A stretch of 64,000 nucleotides of DNA, from the IMG/VR virus record IMGVR_UViG_3300028888_000097, positions 26,682 through 90,681 of that record; one strand, written 5' to 3'. Under the pieces are notes generated by a model, which had not been told where the DNA came from, did no database searches, and saw only the letters and a list, made by a program, of their open reading frames with translations. Source of the DNA: a virus (taxonomy: Duplodnaviria; Caudoviricetes). The position numbers and the translations under genes are program-made. Positions 39,131 through 50,298 of this stretch are shown here, piece by piece (position 1 is the first letter of the stretch; each line of letters begins with the position of its first letter).

Positions 39131-39741
39131 AGTGGCGTACCAAACAAAGCCCCCCGAGATTGGTACTTCAATCGTCGTGATAAGCGGCGAAAGACATCCT
39201 ATCGGGCGGGTGGCGCGAGGTGCATCTTCCTCCTCCCCGGAGGGGCGGGCGGTGCGAACGCTCGTCTCTTCGTGGATCTTCGGAATTGCCGAATCAAGCA
39301 GAACCGGACGGAGGGGCCGCTTCGGGGTCTGTGTGTGGAACGTCGATATATGCAAAGACATTGTACACTAAACCCCGAGCGGTTGTCAACGGACAGAATG
39401 ACGGTTTTCGGACCGGAAATCTGTGGAAGGTTGACAAAGCCGCTCATTGAAAACCAAATCTTCCGACTTTCCCGAAGGGCGCGTCGTTTCTGGCAGAGCT
39501 GGAACGACAGGCGGTTGGGCTATATGTCTTGCCGTAAACTTGAAAAAAGCGGCGCGAGGATAGGGAAAGGACAGGATGGATGAGATTTAATCAAACAGGG
39601 GCGGACGTCTCTGCAAGGGTTGCCACGAACTACGGGGAAGGGGCCGGTGAGACTGTTTATAGGCTCGCACAGCAACGGTCCCTTCTTCGCGGGCGTGAAG
39701 CTCTGCGGGTGTCCGCTTAACATAGAGGAGTAAGACAACAA

Positions 39742-40152
39742 ATGTTAAGTTCGTTGGTTGAAGCCGCGAATCGAAAAGGATATTCCGGTTACGCGCTCTG
39801 CGAATACGTCAATCAGCGGGGAATGCGGGTGCATATCAACACCTTCCGAACCGCCGTGAAGGACGGAATCAACCGGACCGCCTATCAGGAAACGATCTAC
39901 AATCTGGCCAAAGAGGTTCTTGACGAACTGCCCGCCGTGAAGCCGAAACCGAACGACATCTCCGGACGTGCGCGAGAAGCCGGTTTAACGATTAAAAGTA
40001 TCTGGGAGTATTACAATGCCACCCATGAGAAAAACTACGGTTACAGCTCGTTCTTGGTTGCTCTCCGTCGATGCCAGACGCCGTACGAGCGGGAGCTGGT
40101 GAAAGAAGCCGGAAAAATCATCGAGATTCTGCGGAAGGAAAAAGACGGCTGA
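39742..40152 (+). CDS. Cro-like regulator with two similar helical units
   Basis: First ORF after the lytic promoter; GAGGAG RBS; two loosely repeated HTH-like halves. Confidence 0.55.
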   Translation: MLSSLVEAANRKGYSGYALCEYVNQRGMRVHINTFRTAVKDGINRTAYQETIYNLAKEVLDELPAVKPKPNDISGRAREAGLTIKSIWEYYNATHEKNYGYSSFLVALRRCQTPYERELVKEAGKIIEILRKEKDG

Positions 40153-40172
40153 GGAACCGTCAGGAGGAAGAC

Positions 40173-40454
40173 ATGAAGAAAGCCGATACTCACGCGGCTG
40201 CGCGGGTCATGGTCAACAACATCGGCTATGTGGCCGGGGTTCTGGACCTTGACAACACGGAGCTGGCGCGGATCATGGGGATCTCGAAAAGTTCCCTGTA
40301 TCAGCGGAAAGCGAAGCCCTGGACGTTCCGGTTCGGGGAAATCGAAAAGCTGACGGACTACGCCGGGCGGCACGGGATGGTGCTCACAGCGGCGCAGTTT
40401 TTTGTTCCCTTCGGACCGGGCGCGGTCGAGCGGTACGGGGAGGCGGCGGGATGA
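40173..40454 (+). CDS. HTH DNA-binding protein
   Basis: LDNTELARIMGISKSSLYQRKAKP HTH; GGAGG RBS. Confidence 0.75.
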   Translation: MKKADTHAAARVMVNNIGYVAGVLDLDNTELARIMGISKSSLYQRKAKPWTFRFGEIEKLTDYAGRHGMVLTAAQFFVPFGPGAVERYGEAAG

Positions 40455-40681
40455 TTTCACGACTGTCAATCACGACCGCCGTCGCTATGGGAAAATCCGC
40501 CACCTCGGTTTTCCGGGGTGAAGGGATTCCGGACGAGGACGCGCACAAGGTCAAGAGCGGTCATCACTCCGTTCAGACCTACAAGAACGCGGAGGTTTGT
40601 CTGACCTGTACGAAAGCCGAATGCACCGGAGGCGAAGATTGTTTCCGGGCGCGGAAGAAAAGGATGAAAGGCGGAGGCTGA
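40451..40681 (+). CDS. Small Cys-containing hypothetical protein
   Basis: Overlapping start/stop coupling on both sides. Confidence 0.6.
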   Translation: MISRLSITTAVAMGKSATSVFRGEGIPDEDAHKVKSGHHSVQTYKNAEVCLTCTKAECTGGEDCFRARKKRMKGGG

Positions 40682-41514
40682 TGCGGGAGAGGAAGACGGT
40701 GGTTCTGCCAGTGGAAGTGCTGGATGATCCTCGGCTTACTCTGTCCGATATTGGATTGTTAGGGGAAATTTTACGGAATCAATTCCGACTTTCCAAAATC
40801 ACGACCGCGAATCTTAGCGCAATTTTGAAAGAGACGGAGAAGACCATCCGGAAGGGGCTTGTCAGACTGACGGAAAGCGGTTATCTGATAAAGGATTCCC
40901 GCAACAACGGATGGTTAATCGATTCCGGGAAAATTTACGGAAACGAACGGGAAAATTTACCGGTACAAACGGTAGAATTTCCCGAAACGAACGGTAAAAT
41001 TTCCCTCTGCAAAAAAGAAGAAGAAAGTACCAAAGAAGAAGATAAAAATAATAAACAGGAGTATATATATAATAATATAATACTAAAAGAGACAGAGAAC
41101 GAGAAAGAGAGAGAGATAAAAGAGAGAGAGAAAGACGATGCGGCTCCCAAACCTGAGAAACCGACTGCGGCTGAGAAGCCAGAGCGGTTCACGGCGGAAT
41201 ACCGGGAGATTATCGGATATCTCAACGAGAAGACGGGCAAACGGTTCTCTGCCACGAGCCGGGTCAATCAGGGGCATATGTCCGCCCGCTTGAAAGAGGG
41301 GTTCACGGTGGAGGACTTCAAACACGTTATCGACGTGAAGTGCTTCCAGTGGAAGGACGACGCGAAGATGGCGAAGTTTCTCCGGCCCGAGACGCTGTTC
41401 GGAACGAAGTTCGACCGGTATCTGAACGAGGAGAAGGTTCAGACCAAAGTAGGGAATCATGGAGTTTTGTACACCGTGACGGAAGAAGATCTGAACTCCA
41501 AAGTTCCGTTCTAA
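40681..41514 (+). CDS. Phage replication initiator
   Basis: N-terminal wHTH-like region; conserved phage C-terminal domain EIIGYLNEKTGKRF...FLRPETLFGTKFDRYLNE; internal iterons. Confidence 0.82.
   Translation: MRERKTVVLPVEVLDDPRLTLSDIGLLGEILRNQFRLSKITTANLSAILKETEKTIRKGLVRLTESGYLIKDSRNNGWLIDSGKIYGNERENLPVQTVEFPETNGKISLCKKEEESTKEEDKNNKQEYIYNNIILKETENEKEREIKEREKDDAAPKPEKPTAAEKPERFTAEYREIIGYLNEKTGKRFSATSRVNQGHMSARLKEGFTVEDFKHVIDVKCFQWKDDAKMAKFLRPETLFGTKFDRYLNEEKVQTKVGNHGVLYTVTEEDLNSKVPF
40926..41013 (+). repeat. Four 22-bp iterons (replication origin) inside the initiator gene
   Basis: Units start at 40926, 40948, 40970 and 40992 (consensus CGG(G/T)A(A/G)AATTT(A/C)C...AA), followed by an A-rich stretch. 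Confidence 0.75.
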
Positions 41515-41559
41515 ACCAGAAGGGGAGGAAGCAGTATCAAAACAATTGCGGATGCGCTT

Positions 41560-42408
41560 ATGAGCGTTTATGAGAATGCGCAAGAGGCCAGCAAGCCGGT
41601 TGCGGATGATTACCTTGACACTGAAGACGGGTTCTACCATTGCGGGGTTTGTGGTGAACCGAAACAGGCGTGGTGGGATTTCCTCGGAAGACAGGTTGTC
41701 AGACCTCGAATGTGCCGTTGCCGAAGAGAAGCAGAAGCGGAAAAGCAAGAATATCAAAACGATCAGCGGAGATCTCTGATGCGGGATGATTGTTTCAGTG
41801 AACCTTCTTTTGTTCAGAATCGTTTTGACAAAGATTCCTACCCTGACAGTGAGTTGGGGATTTCCTCGCGGAACTATGTGGACAACTTCGACCATTTCTA
41901 CAAGACAGGGCGCGGGTTAATCTTTACCGGAACCGTTGGAACTGGTAAAACATTTTACTCCGCCTGTATAGCCAACGCTTTGATTGACCGAATGCACACC
42001 ATTAAAATGACTTCGATCAGTCAGTGCGTCAGCGATATACTGGCGAACCGGTTAAGCGAGAACGAGTATATTGATTATCTCCGAAAGTACGACCTGGTTA
42101 TCTTCGATGACCTCGGCGTCGAGCGCAATACGCCGGTCATGAACGAGAAGCTGTACAGGATCATCAACGCAAGGTATTCAAGCCAAAAGCCGATGATTAT
42201 AACGACAAACATCACCATGAACGAGCTGAAGCGCACCGAGGGAGTCGGAGTTGACTGTACGCGCGTTTATGACCGGATTTTGGCGGCGTGTCTGCCGATT
42301 GGCTGCGATGGAGATAATGTGCGCCGTCAACAGGCGAGAGAGGCGTACATCGCGGATATGAAAATTCTGAGGGGGGAGAGAAATGCTACTGACCTTCCCA
42401 ATGGATGA
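41560..42408 (+). CDS. DnaC/IstB-like helicase loader ATPase
   Basis: Zn-binding CGVC...CRC, Walker A GTVGTGKT, Walker B LVIFDDLG, IITTN. Confidence 0.88.
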   Translation: MSVYENAQEASKPVADDYLDTEDGFYHCGVCGEPKQAWWDFLGRQVVRPRMCRCRREAEAEKQEYQNDQRRSLMRDDCFSEPSFVQNRFDKDSYPDSELGISSRNYVDNFDHFYKTGRGLIFTGTVGTGKTFYSACIANALIDRMHTIKMTSISQCVSDILANRLSENEYIDYLRKYDLVIFDDLGVERNTPVMNEKLYRIINARYSSQKPMIITTNITMNELKRTEGVGVDCTRVYDRILAACLPIGCDGDNVRRQQAREAYIADMKILRGERNATDLPNG

Positions 42409-43230
42409 ACACTCTACCGGGTGCATCGCGTGGGGGAAGGTGACGTCAACCGACTACCGTCCTTATGTTCCCGCTGTTCACACGACTGAGTTCCGGACGG
42501 GGACGGTGCGTTACAGTCTGACCGTGACCGTTATCATCCATGCGACCGGAAGAGGGGAAAAGGCGCAGTACACCTACGAGACCGCCAATGTGGTCGCGTT
42601 CGCAAAACCGAACGATCCCGCCAAACAGAAGCTCGGCGAGGTGCTAAACGGACTGAAGCGGGGAGATCCCGTCATCGTCTTCGGGCGGTATCGGGAAGGA
42701 AAGACGCGGGAGCGGAACGGAGTTGAAGTCCTGACGCGAACGATTGACGCCTTTGCGGTTCTGCCGGTCAATCAGGTGTACGACGCTTTTCTTGCGGAAG
42801 AGAACGCAAGGATTGAGATGGCGAAGGAACGGGCGATGCCGGAGATTTCAAACGACGTTTCCCCGGCGGTTTCTCAAAAGCGGACGGCGGTTCCGCAGAT
42901 TTCGCATCCGGTTGTAATCGAAAACGAGGGAGGGTGGTTTGAGTGAGCGTTACCGATCATCTGGTCAGCTACTATCAGCACAACGATATTACGGATCCGA
43001 CGCCGTATGAAGAAGATAACAGGATCCTTCCCGATGAGTGCTGCGCCATCTGCGGAGAGGAATTTTTTAAGGGACAGAAGGTTATCTTGATTGATACTCC
43101 CCTCCACTTCTACCGACTTCTGATTCACGAAGATTGTTACAATTCGCTGTTCAAATCCGTCGAAGAGCGCACCCGGTTCGAGGAAATTATGAGCCGGTTG
43201 GGGTTTGATACGGGTGAGGCGGAAGAATAG
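42383..43230 (+). CDS. Two hypothetical proteins (42383-42946, possibly OB-fold; 42943-43230 with CxxC)
   Basis: Coupled ORFs in the replication cluster. Confidence 0.55.
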
Positions 43231-43237
43231 GAGGAAC

Positions 43238-44026
43238 ATGACACTTGCAGAATACCACGCGCACCCGGCTTTGTCGCGGTCGCGGCTGTGGAAATTACAC
43301 GAAAGTCCGCAGAAGTTCAAGTATGCGGAGGAACATCCGGAAGATCCGACTCCGGCGTTTCGGCTCGGGGCGGCGTTCCACAAGTTCACGCTGGAACCGG
43401 AGACGTTCGACGACGAATACGTCCATATGCCGAAGGTGGACAGGCGGACGAAGGAAGGGAAAGCGGTTTACGAAGCCCTTCTTGAAAAAGCCGGGAACCG
43501 GACGATTCTGACCTACGACGAGATTGAGACGGTGGTTGGAATGCGGAATGCGGTGATGGCGAATCCGACGGCGAAGGTTCTTATTGAGAAGGGGATTAAA
43601 GAGCATTCGATCTTCTGGAAGGACGAGGAAACGGGTGTAGACCTGAAATGCCGTCCGGACATCTTCATTCCGGACGACGATCTGAAGGTGATTGTGGACC
43701 TGAAATCCACCACCTCGTCGGACACAAAGAACTTTACGTCGGAATGTCTTCGGTACGGATATGACGTGCAGAGCGCATGGTACAAAAAAGGAGTACAGAC
43801 GGAATATCCGGGAGAGTACGCCTTTATTTTTATCGCCGTAGAGAAGACACCGCCGTATGCCGTCAACGTCATGGAGATGGACAAGCTCATGATTGAATAC
43901 GGCAATATCCGGTTCCGGGAACTGCTCGAGACCTATGTGGAATGTCAGAGAACCGGGAACTGGTACGGATACATGGGGAACCAGAACAACATGAACAAAA
44001 TCGAGCTGCCCGCATGGGTGGAATGA
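43238..44026 (+). CDS. RecE/exonuclease VIII-like PD-(D/E)XK nuclease (DUF3799-like)
   Basis: LSRSRL, GAAFHKFTLEP, LKCRPDI, IVDLKST, YDVQSAWY, FIFIAVEK. Confidence 0.82.
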   Translation: MTLAEYHAHPALSRSRLWKLHESPQKFKYAEEHPEDPTPAFRLGAAFHKFTLEPETFDDEYVHMPKVDRRTKEGKAVYEALLEKAGNRTILTYDEIETVVGMRNAVMANPTAKVLIEKGIKEHSIFWKDEETGVDLKCRPDIFIPDDDLKVIVDLKSTTSSDTKNFTSECLRYGYDVQSAWYKKGVQTEYPGEYAFIFIAVEKTPPYAVNVMEMDKLMIEYGNIRFRELLETYVECQRTGNWYGYMGNQNNMNKIELPAWVE

Positions 44027-44032
44027 AGCATT

Positions 44033-44395
44033 ATGATTGAAAATGTAAAGATTGAAAGCGTATCGCTTACTATGGCCGATCATGCTTGTCTGACATTTTG
44101 GCTGACTGTCAAAGGAAACGGATGGGGCGTCAGTATTGGAGGATATTGCATCGGTCATGGATCTTTGGGGGCCGATGATGAAAACTTCATTGTTGAACGC
44201 GGAGATGGCCTTGAAGCTATGATGCGGATTATGAATGTGGTCGGCGTTGAACGCTGGGAAGATCTCAAAGGGAAATACTGTCGCGTTGAAAAAGTCGGAT
44301 GGGGAGAACCAATAAAAAAGATTGGCAATTTGATTGAAGATAAGTGGTTCGATTTGAGAGAGTTTTTTGCAAGCAAACAAAAGGAGGATAAATGA
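44033..44395 (+). CDS. Hypothetical protein
   Basis: 120-aa ORF, AT-richer than its neighbours. Confidence 0.65.
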   Translation: MIENVKIESVSLTMADHACLTFWLTVKGNGWGVSIGGYCIGHGSLGADDENFIVERGDGLEAMMRIMNVVGVERWEDLKGKYCRVEKVGWGEPIKKIGNLIEDKWFDLREFFASKQKEDK

Positions 44396-45270
44396 GAGTG
44401 AACGAAAAAAATCTTCCAGTCGAGAGCGAAGTCTCCACTGTGACCGGGCCGGTTCAGATAGATTATCCGGACACGCGGACGGCGCAGGACAAAATCAATC
44501 AGGGGACGATTGCGATTGAGAGCCAGAGAGCCGTTGCGGAGGCGCAGGGTAAACTGGTCATCGCAAAGCGGTTCCCCCGAGACCGGGTTGCGGCGCATCA
44601 AGCGATCATTGAGAGCTGTCAGAGACCGGATTTCGCCAACGACGCTTTCTTCTCCTATCCGAGAGGGCGGGAAAAGGTGGAGGGCGTGACGATCCGGTTC
44701 GCCGAAGAGCTTGCCCGGTGCTGGGGGAACATCGAATACGGGATCAAGGAGCTGTCGCAGGACGACGGGAAATCTGAGATGCAAGCCTACGCCTGGGACA
44801 TGGAGACGAACACCATGAGTGTTCAGAACTTCACCAATCCCCATATGCGCGAGGCGAACAAGAGCATGGTCCGGCTGACCTCTCAGCGCGACATCTACGA
44901 GAACAACGCAAACATGGGCGCGAGACGGCTGCGTTCCCGGATTCTGGCGGTGCTTCCCTCCTATCTCGTGGAGGACGCCATTGCGGAATGCCGGAAGACG
45001 CTGGCCGGGAAGAACGACAAGCCGCTGATTGACCGCGTGAACGCGATGGTGGCACAGTTCGGAAAGTTCGGCGTCACGCCCGGACAGATTGAGAAGCGTC
45101 TTGGCCGGAAGGTGGAAACGATGACCACGGAGGATTTCGTGGATTACGTCGGGATCTTCAATTCCCTGAAAGACGGAGCGTCGAAGCCCTCTGAGTGGTT
45201 TGACGCGGCTCCGGAGGCGTCGGAACTGGACGGCAAGCTGAAGGATCTGGCGGCGAAGGATGAAAAGTGA
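44392..45270 (+). CDS. Putative single-strand annealing recombinase
   Basis: AKRFPRD...YPRG...IRFAEELARCWGNIEYG...AWDMETN; located next to the RecE-like nuclease. Confidence 0.6.
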   Translation: MRVNEKNLPVESEVSTVTGPVQIDYPDTRTAQDKINQGTIAIESQRAVAEAQGKLVIAKRFPRDRVAAHQAIIESCQRPDFANDAFFSYPRGREKVEGVTIRFAEELARCWGNIEYGIKELSQDDGKSEMQAYAWDMETNTMSVQNFTNPHMREANKSMVRLTSQRDIYENNANMGARRLRSRILAVLPSYLVEDAIAECRKTLAGKNDKPLIDRVNAMVAQFGKFGVTPGQIEKRLGRKVETMTTEDFVDYVGIFNSLKDGASKPSEWFDAAPEASELDGKLKDLAAKDEK

Positions 45271-47478
45271 AGAACGCTATCCGGTTCGATGCCGGGAATG
45301 CGGACAGGTGCTGGCGGTGCGGGAGGGGAACCTTGTGATCTCCTCCCTGAAGCACAGGAACCGGAAGAAAGAGGTCAGGGTGAAACTGGAATCCGGACAG
45401 AGCATGTGGATTGACTGCGATCACTGCGGTCAGAGCAATCAGTTAAAGGGAAACTAAATATCGAAGCGGGGAACCGGTGAGGACGGCTCCCCGAATTTAT
45501 TTGAGGAGGAAGACATGGCAGCGATTTCGTTTACAAACTTAACCGTTTCGGGAAACATGAGTTTCGAGGGAATTCCCTTCGATGCTTTCCGGAGGATTTT
45601 GGATTTCGTTGAATCGCAGACGCACGGGGCGATTCCGACAGGGACGGATCTGAACGATCTCAGCGAGGGTACACAGAAGGAAGCGGAGGTCACTGTACAG
45701 GGCAACGCGGCAGAGGTTGTTGTACCCGATGAGAAACCGGATGCGGCGAAGGAAGATCCGCCGAAAATTGATCCCTATCTTCTTGTGGGGAATTATGCGG
45801 GGAAGGACAGCGTGGTTCGGATCCTGAAAGATTATACTGGGAATCCGGAAGGTTACACGCAGGAATGGATGACGACAAGGCAGTGGATGGAAAAGGTGGA
45901 TCTCGGTTCTTCTGTCACATTGTTCAACGTCGCTCATATTCTTTCCGACTGCGCGAAGGCCGGGCTTCTGGAACGGAGGGCGGATTACAACCCGGAAGAG
46001 CACAAGAATGAAGTCCGGTTTCTGCTCCCGGCTCCGGTCCCGGTCAAGAAGGACACCATCGGAAGCCGGATCCATAAGGCGCGGAAGGAAAACGGATTTC
46101 TGGCCACGGAGCTGGCAGATCTGCTCGGGTACAGCGACGCGCTTCTCCTGAAATGGGAAAAGGACGAACTGGTTCCGTCGTCCGAGGCGATGGAAAATTT
46201 GAAGAAAGCCCTCGGGGACGATCTGTTTGACGGGTTGGGGGTATGAAAAATGAATAATAGATATGACACGCCGCAGTATCAGTGGGAGCAGATGATCTCA
46301 AGGATTACAGATGCGGCTGAAAGCGTGGCTTCCGCTTATGAATGCCTGATTAAAGCAATGTCGTATGGGGCGGGCAAGTACGACGACAACAACCAAAGTG
46401 CGTTCATAAAGAGCAGCATAACGGATAGCATGGACGCGCTTTACGATGTGATTCGTGGCGCCGCCGTTTTTTCAAGAACGATGGCGGCAGAGGAAAAGAA
46501 AGGAGAATCGGATGGAAGCGAAGAAGAAAACTGAGATTACGGTTGGCAGCGTGGTCAGGGTCGTTAAGGTTAAACAACCATTTGAGAAGCGGTTCCTCGG
46601 AAGGATCGGTGTGGTGGTATCTGTCGTAAAAGGGGTTGCGTTGGATTGTGGCGCAGATTCGCTTGTGCAGGAACGCATTAGGGTGCAGATCGACCGCGAT
46701 TTCTTCTGGTGCGACGAGGCTCAGGTTCAGCTTGTCACTTCGGAGAAGCAGAAAGTTCTCGAACAGGAAGCAACCGCGCACAAGTATAAGGTCGGGGATA
46801 TGGTTCGCGTGACAAATAACCATCCAGCGCATCTGTCAAGATCTTCGGACGATGTTTTGTTTTCCGAAGAGTGGTTGGAACTGGCGTCCACTGACAAGCC
46901 GAAACCCTCTCCGAAGCGGACTGTCGTTATCGAGATAACGAACGACGGCGCGGATGCGAAGTACATCGTCGGGAAGAATATCGAGAAGACGGCTTCGGTG
47001 AAGAGGCACAAGGACGACAAGCCGGATGACCGGCTGGCGGCACATTATGTCGTCGGGAAGCTGTTCGGGCAGAAAGTTATGAAGGATAATGTTGACATGG
47101 ACGCATTGAAGAACGCAAAGTATGACTGCATGATTGCCCGGTATCATCTCGATGAGATCAGCAAGGTTCTGGACCCGTTTGGGGAACCGGATTTCGGGAA
47201 AGTGGATTTTAAGTTCTGAAATCAGAATATTTTTGGCGGCGGGGTTTCGAGGGAGACTCCGCCGTCTTCCATAGGAGGAAGATATGATTAAGCGGAAATA
47301 CAAGCTGGTTTTCAAGGTCGGCGGGGGAATCACCCGGACCTTCCGGATCAAGTGCGCACAAGCGGATTTGCAGAGGCACATCCGGGACTGTGGGGAGATG
47401 CTGTCGGAGAGCTATCAGGATGTAACGTGCGTTTCAGCGGACGAATGCGATTGGGAGGAATACGAAAATGAAGCGTAA
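45260..47478 (+). other. Hypothetical genes 45260-45457 (CxxC...CxxC), 45515-46246 (C-terminal XRE HTH), 46250-46534, 46512-47219, 47284-47478
   Basis: Tiled co-directional ORFs with RBS; HTH IGSRIHKARKENGFLATELADLLGYSDALLLKWEK in 45515-46246. Confidence 0.65.
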
Positions 47479-48334
47479 CGACAAGCCGTCCCTCTGGCGG
47501 GATATGGCGGAGATCATCGCGGTGGTCGCGGTTTTCGGGCTTCTGCTCTGGCTGTTCCTTGCGGCGGTTCGGACGATAGCCGGGTATGCGCGGGAAGGAA
47601 GAGAAGACGGTCGGATGGCGGCGGACACGGTGAACGAGGAAGATGGCGTAGGACGCGCCACGGCTTCCCTGAACGGCGTTTTGCTCCTCGGAGGGGAAAC
47701 GGACGAACCGGAGAGAAACACGGCTCTGAGGGTCTACACGGAGGGTGTGGACAACCCTTTGCCGGAGTGGTGGGACCTGGATGGAGCGATCCTGATGTGG
47801 GAGGACCATTCTGGTGAAGGCAACAAAATGGTCGATGATGACCTTTTTACCGAAGCCAGGAATATGGTTGAAGCCGAACCACATCCGCCGGTCGGCGTGG
47901 ATCCCGGCGGGATTGATTACAACCTCTGCACAACGCTTTGGGGCTGGGACGGGCATTCGATGGAAGCCTGGGAGATGGACCTGTTCAGCATGATATTTTA
48001 CCGTGAGTTCTGGCAGCCGAATCTGACGCTGTGCGAAGCGGGATGTGATGCGATACTGCAACTGTGGGACCTGAACGGGAGGACGATGTTTGAGACGCTT
48101 TCCCACGTCAACGAGGACGGGTCCTATGCGTTCAGCACATATCCGGGCGTGTGGGAGGCCGAATACGATCCGGACGGGCTTGCGTGGTGCAGGGCATACT
48201 GCGAAGAGCGGTTTTGCGAAGGTCCGTCATGGCCCGCGCAGTATTTCCGGAAGGGACAGTATCATGATTGGGATGAATGGAGTCCCATACCGGCGTATGA
48301 GATTGATGGGATTTATTTTAGCATCGGGAGGTGA
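47468..48334 (+). CDS. Membrane-anchored protein with a divergent SleB/Hydrolase_2-like C-terminal domain; contains the near-match to CRISPR spacer 3
   Basis: N-terminal TM helix. EMDLFSMIFYRE...AILQL...TMFETL...YAFST...YFR...EIDGIYFS follows the SleB-like spacing (weak, by eye). Confidence 0.55.
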   Translation: MKRNDKPSLWRDMAEIIAVVAVFGLLLWLFLAAVRTIAGYAREGREDGRMAADTVNEEDGVGRATASLNGVLLLGGETDEPERNTALRVYTEGVDNPLPEWWDLDGAILMWEDHSGEGNKMVDDDLFTEARNMVEAEPHPPVGVDPGGIDYNLCTTLWGWDGHSMEAWEMDLFSMIFYREFWQPNLTLCEAGCDAILQLWDLNGRTMFETLSHVNEDGSYAFSTYPGVWEAEYDPDGLAWCRAYCEERFCEGPSWPAQYFRKGQYHDWDEWSPIPAYEIDGIYFSIGR

Positions 48335-48339
48335 GGTTT

Positions 48340-48651
48340 ATGGATCTGAAAATTCGTGGATTGGAGGATGTCTGGACCGGCTTCACCGACCGGAACGGCG
48401 TTGAGGTATATGAGGGAGACATTCTGAAGGTCCGGGAAATGACTGGCGCGGACTGCTATGAAGATGTGCTGATGGAGCCGGTGCAGTTTGTCGAGGGGTG
48501 TTTCGTCTGCGGAAACTATGTTGCTGAATGGACGCTTCTCCGCCGATGGCTCCGGTACGGGAAGCTGGACGCGGAGGTGGTCGGGAACCGGAGGGACAAT
48601 CCGGAGATTATGGAGATGTTTGCGCACAGGAGAAAGGAGGAAGGGGAATGA
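48340..48651 (+). CDS. YopX-family protein
   Basis: TGFTDRNGVEVYEGDIL...EVVGNRRDNPE. Confidence 0.75.
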   Translation: MDLKIRGLEDVWTGFTDRNGVEVYEGDILKVREMTGADCYEDVLMEPVQFVEGCFVCGNYVAEWTLLRRWLRYGKLDAEVVGNRRDNPEIMEMFAHRRKEEGE

Positions 48652-50219
48652 GTGAGTCGAAGAAGGTTTACGTCATTACAAAAGGCGCGTATTCCGATTA
48701 TCACATCTGCGCGGTAGCTGCTACGAAAGAAATCGCGGAAAAATTGCGGAAAATCTATTCGGATGAATATTCCTGGGCAGATGTGAGAATCGAAGAATAT
48801 GATTTGAATGAAGCAAAAGACGATGTGAGGGTGTTTTACGATGTCACGTTTGCAGATGGCAAGGTTTCGGCGTATTTTAACGAATATGGCGAAAGAGAAA
48901 GCATCCACTTCTTTAAGGGAAACAAATGGCAGTCGGACCGTCTGATTGTCTCTGTGAGAGCGCGTGATGAAGACCACGCCGTTAAAATCGCGCAGGACAG
49001 GAGAGCGGAATATCTGGCGAAGAAGGAAGGGGTGGTGTGATGAGCGGCGGACGGTTCAATTACATGGATTCGTCCCTGATGGACGAGATCTTCGGTTACA
49101 GCGAAAAGCCGAGGGATGTATTCGAGGACATGGAGATTTCGCAGTTGGTATGGGATGTTCTGGAACTCATTCACGATTTCGACTGGTACGCCAGCGGTGA
49201 TTCGGGCGAGGACGACTGGCTGAAAGCAAAGGCGCGTTTCCGGAAGAAGTGGTTTGAGACTGTGCGAAAGGACCGGCTGAAGAAGATCATTGACGAAAAG
49301 GTGGAACAGACCCGGCAGGAGTTATACAAGACCATCGGGGTTAAGGTAGATGCTGGAGGGGACGGATCGTGAAGATTTACAAAAACCTTTGGGCCGGTCG
49401 TGAAACCTACTTTGTCAGGATGCGGCAGGATGAGCGATTTGCCTATGGATGCGGGATTACCAACAACGAAGGAAAATGGGGATTCAGAAAGAACATGACG
49501 TTTTATCTGGATGACCTGAATCACGACAGCAAGCATTTTCCTGTGGTCGGTGAAATCAATCTTAACGAGATTATCCGTCGGGCGATCATGGAGGCGGTTG
49601 GAGTCTGCGATAAGGGGGCGTGGGATGAAGAATCTTGATCTGTTCGGTAACGAGGTTGAAGTTCCGGATCCGCCAAGAGGCAGACGGAAAACGCCGACGA
49701 TGCAGGAGATGTACGGGGTGACGGAAGGGCGGACGTGCGGGGAGTGCGTTCACTGCTATGGGTACAGGCAGTCCCGCGTGTGGTACAAGTGCGAACTGTG
49801 GCTGAAGTTCTTTCCGGGCCACGGGCATTCGGCGGCGTCGGATATACGAAAGCGTGGGACGGCTTGCGGGAGGTTTGAGGAATATGGATGAATTAGACTT
49901 GCGCTATAACCCTAAGTTTTTCCCCGGCGATATTTTGAGTGTTGAAGGAATTCCGGGAGTCGGCATGGTAATGGGTACACGAGAGTGCAATGCGGTACAG
50001 GAAATTCTCGAAGGTAAGCGGTATCGGCTTTATCAGTTGCTTTACTTCACACAAGATGACGGATTTGTTTACGGCGAGTTTGACGACATGGAACTTGAAC
50101 GGAAAGCGAAAAAGGTGAAACACATCAACTTCGGGGAAATGACGTATGCGATGCGTGACGTTGCCGAGGTTTTCCGTGAGAATGTGGAGCTGAAACTTCT
50201 TGTGAACAGTTTGAGGTGA
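48648..50219 (+). other. Hypothetical genes 48648-49040, 49037-49372, 49369-49638, 49625-49891, 49884-50219
   Basis: Overlap-coupled ORFs with GGAGG-type RBS. Confidence 0.65.
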
Positions 50220-50298
50220 GTATGGATAAAAGTGAGGATAAACCGCTTCGGTACAGTGATTACTGGTTGAAGCGAAGCGGGACGGAGGATAAACAGGA

